From Tubiluchus corallicola (taxonomy: Eukaryota > Animalia > Priapulida), in NCBI GenBank assembly GCA_030141605.1, contig JAQGDQ010000370.1, positions 83,029-147,028 on the forward strand: a stretch of DNA of 64,000 nucleotides, read 5' to 3'. The position numbers were made by a program, and so were the translations under genes. How positions within the stretch are numbered: the stretch's first letter is position 1; every line of letters starts with the position of its first letter. The notes under the pieces were generated by a model. It ran no database searches. It saw only the letters and a program-made list of their open reading frames with translations, and was not told where the DNA came from. Shown piece by piece: positions 56,290 through 64,000 of this stretch.

Positions 56290-56840
56290 ATTTTATAATA
56301 TATCAAGGACCAAAAGTCTGGAATGAGATTTGTCAATCTGCAAAAAATAGCAGATCTATTACTAGATTTAAAATAATGCTAAAAAATCAAATTTTAAGTA
56401 AGTATCAGTGAGTAATAAAAATTTCTATCAGTGTCCATCCTCACAGTAGTTGCAAAACAGTGGTGTTAACTTAATCAAGTTATTTTAATTTTACATACTA
56501 TTAAAAAATAATAGTCTTTCTATCTTTTATATCATGCCATATATGAGTTTCATTCATTACATCATTCCATTTTAAGCACTAACGTTTTTTTTATCACGAT
56601 TCACTTTAAATTTTCAGATTATCTCCATTACTTTTTTTCTATCACTGTGTGGGACAATCTAACAAGCGCTGCTTTTTGATTGCCCACAACACATTTACAT
56701 TCGTGTATAAGTAAATAGTGTTTGAGGCTTTTCCTGTGCAGTATTTTTTATTTGTATTATATCCATTGTAGGCCCTTTCACTGATATTGTATATGTAACC
56801 TGTAAATGTGTATGGTGAAATAAATGACTATGACTATGAC
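56290..56840 (+). mobile_element. CR1/L2-group LINE 3' fragment
   Basis: YQGPKVWNEICQSAKNSRSITRFKIMLKNQILSKYQ*, then a UTR and (tgacta)n tail. The UTR is shared with 3197-3641. Confidence 0.78.
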
Positions 56841-56996
56841 TAAATACTCCTAAATGATAGTACTGTACCGAGATAGTGATAGCATACTCTTGTTGGTTCC
56901 CACACATGACGGTTACAACAGCCAAACAATAGCTGACAGACATCAAAACAAAAGATTCTGTCACAGATCAGGAATTACATAATTGAATGTTCATCC

Positions 56997-57461
56997 CAGG
57001 GATGAGAATTTTCCCCTGATACGCGGAATTCTGAGTTTTTGGAAAAACAGTAGTGCTATTTTTGTAAATTCGTTGAGAAAATTTTTACCGTCCCAGCACA
57101 TTATTTCACAAACTGACCGCTAGTTGGCAGGCCGTCACTTTGTTTACATCACGTACATCAGTGTAACCACGTGTAGATCTCTATGTATAAAAATATAGAA
57201 TCAATTGTGCGGAGTTATTTGAGTCAATTGCAGACAGTTTTTATATACTTTTGCATAGGAGCGGCCAGTACTTAGGCGTTTTTGAGACAATTAGGTATCA
57301 TGTATCCTTGATAGTTGATTATTTTGAATTATGCATGAAACAATGTAACTGATATTTTAAGTCCACTTAAAGGTTCTATACGGTGGCAAAATTGCAATTT
57401 GTTGCTTCGCCCCATGGGGCCTACGCGGCAATTTTTTTGCAATTTGTCATTCTCGTTCCTG
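56997..57461 (-). mobile_element. hAT-like MITE family B
   Basis: TIRs; TSD gttcatcc/gttcaccc. Confidence 0.85.
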
Positions 57462-59620
57462 GTTCACCCATAAGCTATGCCATTGTCTGCTGGAGCAGAA
57501 GCATCACAGACCCTAATTTAGCCTCTGTCTGACCAGTGCAGCCAGGTAGCCACAGTATGTAAAGCAGCTGTCCAGCCAGTTTGCTTCAATCAATTTTTTG
57601 CCATGATACAAGCGGATAAACAGGAAGTGTCTTGCTGTTTTGAAGGCTTTTTGATGACCTGGAATTGTTTTCATTGAATAATTTCATTATAAACATGTAA
57701 AGTAGGCACTGTTTATTAGATTCATGTTTAATTTGGTCGAAACACTTCCATCCCAAAGTCTATTAACCCTTTCAGTCCCAAATTATTTTTTAATAAGAAA
57801 AAAATTTTTGGCTTGGTACTTTTGTTCAGTATGTCCATCTTGTTTACACATAATAATTATTTTCTACCTGTGCCCACGTGCTAAATATTGCCTGTATCCC
57901 ACGGGATACATTGGGATTCAATGGAAGCATAAAATGGGCTTCATTTTGCAACTGCTGATAATATTTTAAGGTATTTAAGACATTTAGTATGTATGCTATG
58001 CTGATCTGTACAAAGTCGTCTTAAAAGTACTGTACCTTGCACAGTTTTTTGTGCTATGTAGATTTTCTAGTTTGCCATTTTATCACCATTTTTAGTCTAT
58101 TGTTATTGGCCTAAATCAAAATAACTATTAACAGATCAAATAACTGTCAGTTTTAAAATTTTATTAATTTTAAAGGCAGAAAATATTCTTGTATCCCACG
58201 GGAAGGTGAAAGGTGAAAGGTTTAACTGGCGCCTACTGTACTAGCACACCATAAACAGTTTGAAACTGAAAATTAATTGTCCTACGTCATTTTGTCGTAG
58301 AAGTTCTCAAGTTTTGGATCCACTATGCACTAATGATTTAAGTTTCTTTATTTTTCTGCTTTTTTTTCTAGTTTCCACGGTCAGTTGGGAGATGTTAGTG
58401 GCGAAAAGAGATCTTCCTTATTAAAATTCGAATGAGTTGTGGTTGCAATGTTAAAGCGTTTGTGTTTATGATCACATTTTGGACATGAAATGGCACGTCA
58501 CTGTATCCGAGAGATAAAAGCATTAGTCACCGAGGAAGAATCTTTGCACGATTGCAGCAATCTCATGGAGCTTCTAGTACGTATTTTATAAAACAGTATG
58601 GCTTCATTACATACTTTGTTACATTTAAAGGACAAGAAAAGGGTTATCTGAAGCAGGTTTCAGAAAAATTGTCTTAAAAACTAAACTACTTTTTAGCAAT
58701 TTTATCCGTACATCTTACTCGCGTCAAAAGGATTTTTTGTTCGTTTTCATTTTAAATTTCGGACGACACTGAACCGACTGCGCCATTACATGACGTAACA
58801 CACGAGCAATGTAAATCAGGCGGAGAAAGGAAAATGTTAAATTATGACCAAAAAACCTTCTATGTAAAATTATGTTACGTAGCATTTCGCTTACCTGCTG
58901 GCATGACTTTTGTAACTACAAATATTGTTATTAAATAACTTATTATTATTATTATTTAAAAATTATTAAACGAAAATTATTAATTATTTAAAATGCTTTC
59001 ACCAATTCGTAAAATGTCACTGACTCACCCTCCAGGATGCACCACTCACTAAACAAAAGCGTATTTTTAATCTTATTGGCAAGATACACTACTTACCTTA
59101 AAATTTTTCTTAGTTAGTGACGTGTGTGCTACGAATGCTCTGATTACTTTTTCAAACTTCACTGTGTTGTCTAACAGATCAAACTGTGTTATTTAAACTT
59201 GCTTCAAATGACTTATCGCAAAAATCGCTGCACCTATACGGTCATCTGGGGAGTTTAAATTTACAAGTTTTACCCATCGTTACTGCTGATGCAAGCCCCG
59301 TACGCAAAAAGTATTGTAGTGTGTAAGTGGCATAAATTTCAACATGAATTTTTTGAGCTTTATGTAAGTGAAGGGTTTTCTTGTGCTTTATAAAACTCAT
59401 TTGCATGCTTTCCAACCAGCTGTTGGTGATAAAATGTCAAGTATAGTATTGTACAGATGTTAAAGACTTAACCATGGTGTCTGTAGTTGCTCTTTTAACC
59501 CTTTTCTATGTAATTTGCAGCGAGTTCGTAATCAATTGTATTTGTTGGCCAGAAGAGCTCTTTCAGCTAGTACTAGATTAATATTAACTAGTGTACATAT
59601 TTAGATTTCGGGGGGGGGGG

Positions 59621-60123
59621 CAGCGGCGGATTATGATTTTATGGGCCTTAGGCTTGAGCTTGGAACGGGCCTTTTAAATGTTGCTACACTGCTGAGCTGA
59701 CGTGTTTTCGTGGAGCTCTCGTCGTTTGTAAGTTTGTTTAATTTTGTGAGTTTTTGCCCGCCGATTGTGATAAAATATTGAGTCAAATATGTTGAAAAAA
59801 ATGGACTTTTCAGAAATTATAACTGACTTTGCCCCCAGAAAAATTCAGAAACTGAAATTTTGAACTTAAACTTAAACTGTGTAAACGTGAATTGTGTAAA
59901 CTTAAATTGTGTAAACTTGAATTGTGTAAACTTGATTTGTGTAAACCCGATTTGAAATATAGTGACTGACTTTTGAAAAAAAACTTTTTTCTATATTTTA
60001 TTTTGGCGGGCCCCTTGCTCTTTTGTCAATTTATTTTTTTGACAAAAAAAAATTTCCGTTTTATTTTGCCGGGCCCCTTTTGATCTATTCAGCCTATTCA
60101 GCCTATAGGGCTATCCGCTACAG
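59621..60123 (-). mobile_element. hAT-like MITE family C, inserted in poly-G
   Basis: cagcggcggat...atccgctacag flanked by G runs on both sides. Confidence 0.85.
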
Positions 60124-60637
60124 GGGGGGGGGGCACTAATACCTGCTACGGACATTTTCTGGGAATGATGTGCACAAATTTTGCCGAAAACTGCTCAAAC
60201 AGCTTCTAGAAAAACTCGATTTGTGCAACTGTTTGGGCACACTGGGGGAAAAAAAGCACACCAGCAGAAAGAGGACGAAACAGTCCACAAAGCATTGAAG
60301 GGTTCACTAGAAGAGTTGTATAGTGGGTGAAACGGGAAGGGTGTACTTCGAAGTTCTTTTTTACCCAGCATGTGCTGCATGCTGTTTGGAACATCCATTG
60401 TCTTTGAGTTTCATAAATTTTGCGGCTGTTCCAGGCATTGCCTTCACCCGTCATTCTAATATGTTATGGGTTTTACATGTAAGTTTTACATATTAATCAG
60501 TGTACCGTGAATAATATTACCTTGTGTACCATGAATAATATAACAGTTAGCTAATGTGTCTTATAACTTGCTAAAAACATATAGCTTGTGTTAAAAGCAA
60601 ATCAATTGCATATGTTGGCCAGAAGAGTCCTTTCAGC

Positions 60638-61000
60638 CAGCGGCGGATTATGATTTTATGGGCCTTAGGCTTGAGCTTGGAACGGGCCTTTTAAATGTTG
60701 CTACACTGCTGAGCTGACGTGTTTTTGTGGAGCTCTCGTCGTTTGTAAGTTTGTTTAATTTTGTGAGTTTTTGCCCACCGATTATGATAAAAATTGTGTA
60801 AACTTGATTTGTGTAAACCCGATTTGAAATATAGTGACTGACTTTTGAAAAAAAAAACTTTTTTCTATATTTTATTTTGCCGGGCCCCTTGCTCTTTTGT
60901 CAATTTATTTTTTTACAAAAAAAATTTTTTTCGTTTTATTTTGCCGGGCCCCTTTTGATCCCGGGCCTTAGGCTTCAGCCTATAGGGCTATCCGCTACAG
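60638..61000 (-). mobile_element. hAT-like MITE family C
   Basis: 8-bp TSD ctttcagc. Confidence 0.9.
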
Positions 61001-61616
61001 CTTTCAGCTAGTACTAGATTAATATTAACCAGTGTACCGTGATTAATATTACCTGTATCACACTCCTGGCAAGGTCGTAGCTCTCGCATTTATTTGCTGG
61101 TAACTGCCTTCGTGCATTTTTATTTGCTCCGTATCCATCATTGAACATGTCGTGCACAAACAAGATTGAACTCTATTCACTTGAGTGCTTGAGATAAAAT
61201 GTGGGGCGTCTATTCGCGAAGGCGTGCTGCTGCTATCACGCTGTCTGGGTGTTACTGTGTCTGAGTTTAACTGAATTGTGAAGGTGAAGCTTGCAGACTT
61301 GAACTTGTCTTGATCTGAGTTTGCGTGCCTAGTGCATATTATGCTTAGCGTAATACGAAAGATTTTTTATCAATTTGAGTGCTTCTTATTTTTTGGCAAC
61401 GTTTCCGCTTAATCAGATTTGTGTTCAGAAGTTTATGTGTTAAATGCTTGCTTACCTAGGTTTAACTTGTGTATGGACATGTCATAATTTGCAAATGTGA
61501 TAATTTAAAAAATTACTAATGTTTCCTAAATTAAACTGATAAAATTAATGCCCACCAGTGTCTAAAAATCTTTTTATCTATATTCGGTAAAGGATAGCAG
61601 ACTAGGTGACTTTATA

Positions 61617-62180
61617 GTCTTTTCGCTGTTCTTTCTCTAGTTCTAGATCTATCTATACATTTTAACCATTCTTCAAAACTTATTAGCGATTCTTTTATTA
61701 ATCATATTTTATTGTAGTATTATAAAGAGATAAATAAATTAAAATTGAATTGAATTGTCTTTTCGCTATCCTTTCTCTAGTTCTAGATCTATCTATACAT
61801 TTTAACAATTCTTCAAACTTATTAGCGATTCTTTTATTAATCATTTTTATTGTAGTATTATAAAGAGATAAATAAATTAAAATTGAATTGAATTGTCTTT
61901 TCGCTATCCTTTCTCTAGTTCTAGATCTATCTATACATTTTAACCATTCTTCAAAACTTATTAGCGATTCTTTTATTAATCATGTTTTATTGTAGTATTA
62001 TAAAGAGATAAATAAATTAAAATTGAATTGAATTGTCTTTTCGCTATCCTTTCTCTAGTTCTAGATCTATCTATACATTTTAACCATTCTTCAAAACTTA
62101 TTAGAGATTCTTTTATTAATCATATTTTATTGTAGTATTATAAAGAGATAAATAAATTAAAATTGACTTGAATTGAATTG
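61617..62180. repeat. Tandem repeat, ~140-bp unit x 4
   Basis: gtcttttcgctatcc...aaataaattaaaattgaattgaatt occurs four times. Confidence 0.95.
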
Positions 62181-62983
62181 ACATCCCAGTATAACTCGTT
62201 TACTTGTTTTTGTGTGTCCTATATGTTTTTAACAAGTTATAAGACACATTAGCTAACCGTTACTTTAAACTGTCTCGCTGAAGGGGATATTCAGTTTGTT
62301 AAATGTTGAAATGGGTTATAGCTGTGGCTGATTTTACCTTGATGATCTATGATTTAGTCCCCCCCCCCCCAAAAAACAAACAAACACACAACCAACACAA
62401 AAAAACCCCCCCCAAAAAACAAACAAAGTCACACAACCAACACAAAAAAACCCCCCCCCCAAAAAACAAACAAACACACAACCAACACAAAAAAACCCCC
62501 CCCATATAAAACTGGGATAACTATTTTTTGAAGTCACACTGAATGTCCGGAATGGCTGATTTTTCATTGATGATATATGATTTAGTTCCCCCCCCCCCAT
62601 ATAAAACTGGGATAACTATTTTTTGAAGTCGCACTGAATGTCCGGAATGGCCGATTTTTCATTGATGATATATGCATGTCCGGAATTTCGTCAAATTTTA
62701 GTTGTTTATGCTGTTCGGACCATGCCGTGTAAGACGTTGTGAGCTTTTATCATTCGTAAAGGAAATGGCGTTCAGAACGGACGATCAGCGACGAATTCAT
62801 CGTACCAGTAATAATTTCAGTGACATTTGGTGGTTATTTTGCTGCTAATTTGTCAAACTACTGTGCGTAAGTTTCGCAGAAGCAGCGTGTATATCGGACT
62901 AATGGTTCCGAAGAGAATAAAATTGATTAATTTATTTGTTTTTTATAACAAAAGTGAAGGTAGAATTTTGTATAGTGTTTATT

Positions 62984-63474
62984 CAGGGATGAGAATTTTT
63001 CTCGGATACGCTGAATTTCGAGTTTTTGGAAGACCAGTAGTGCCATTTTTGTAAATCGCGTAAATTCGTTGAGAAAATTTTTATGGACCCAGTACATTAT
63101 TTCACAAACTGACCACTAGTTGGCAGGCCGTCACTTTGTTTACATCACGTACATCACTGTAACCACGTGTATATCTCTATGTATAAAAATATAAAATCAA
63201 TTGTGCGGAGTTATTTGAGTCAATTGCAGACAGTTTTTATATACTTTTGCATAGGAGCGGCCAGTAGATAGGCGTTTTTGAAACAATTAGGTATCATGTA
63301 TCCTTGATGGGTATTTTAAATTATGCATGAAACAAGGTAACTGATATTTTAAGTCCACTTAGAGGCTCTCTATGGTCACAAAATTGCAATTTGTTGCTGT
63401 CTCCAAGGGGGCTACTCGGCCCCCAACCCCCCGGCCTGTTTCAGAGTTTTTGCAATTTCTCATTCTCATCCCTG
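62984..63474 (-). mobile_element. hAT-like MITE family B
   Basis: TIRs cagggatgagaat / attctcatccctg. Confidence 0.85.
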
Positions 63475-63809
63475 CTTCTTGCAGACAATTTGGCACTTGC
63501 TAGTTAAGTAAATATAAACAGGGCAGTAAAAGCTACAGCAGTGCAGCTGAATTTTTCTCTGTTGTTTATTTTTTCCTTGTTGCTCAGTGTTGTTTACAAA
63601 CCTATTTTTACTCTAACCTTGCATTTCATTTTGTTTTAAGTCGATGATCTATTGTGTTTGTTGCACTGACAGCTGCCTGAGCAAACTCAAATCTTGTGTG
63701 CCTGACTCGGTGTTGTGTTTTGTTGCAAATCAGATACTTGTGCTGACGAGCAGTTTTGTTTCTGATTTCAGGTAGCGTTTGAGTTCAAATAGAAGAAAGA
63801 GTTTTAAAC

Positions 63810-63884
63810 ATGTATGCATCGAACCCTTATTTGAAAAAGTTCAAAGAGAGATATGGAGAATGTGCAGTCGCAAGAGCGAGGAGG
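63810..63884 (+). CDS. Probable first coding exon of an unidentified gene continuing beyond the window
   Basis: Acceptor tttcag at 63771; aaacATG; MYASNPYLKKFKERYGECAVARARR; strong donor AGG|gtaagt. Confidence 0.4.
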
Positions 63885-63926
63885 GTAAGTTGTTCTTTAA
63901 TTTGATGTAAATTCGTTGATAATAAA

Positions 63927-63927
<1 letters not shown>

Positions 63928-63968
<41 letters not shown>

Positions 63969-64000
63969 GAGAGGGGTGAGAGAGAGAGAGAGAGGGGAGA
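63928..64000. repeat. (GA)n microsatellite
   Basis: Directly visible. Confidence 0.9.

Overview
AT-rich, repeat-dense animal (invertebrate-type) genomic DNA with spliceosomal genes; not prokaryotic. Three complete genes were assembled by hand from splice sites and reading frames. (1) 26S proteasome lid subunit PSMD3/Rpn3: + strand, 2 coding exons, 504 aa. (2) A monomeric sarcosine oxidase/PIPOX/SolA-family flavoenzyme ending in a peroxisomal SKL signal: + strand, 10 coding exons, 402 aa, mostly missed by the ORF track. (3) A Y-box cold-shock-domain protein: - strand, 9 coding exons, 306 aa, with a 9.1-kb GC-AG first intron. A probable first coding exon of a fourth gene lies at the right edge. 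Introns and intergenic DNA hold several hAT and pogo/Tigger-like MITE families with TSDs, a solo LTR, a tRNA-derived SINE, LINE remnants, and many micro- and minisatellites. Most notable: a near-perfect ~670-bp inverted duplication bracketing an in-frame-skippable 57-nt exon, interleaved with two inverted MITE pairs and a perfect 65-bp hairpin; a LINE embedded in (GA)n tracts; a duplicated decoy 3' splice site in the Y-box gene; and filled and empty paralogous transposon sites 1 kb apart. Coordinates were read by eye and repeat boundaries are approximate. No database searches were run.
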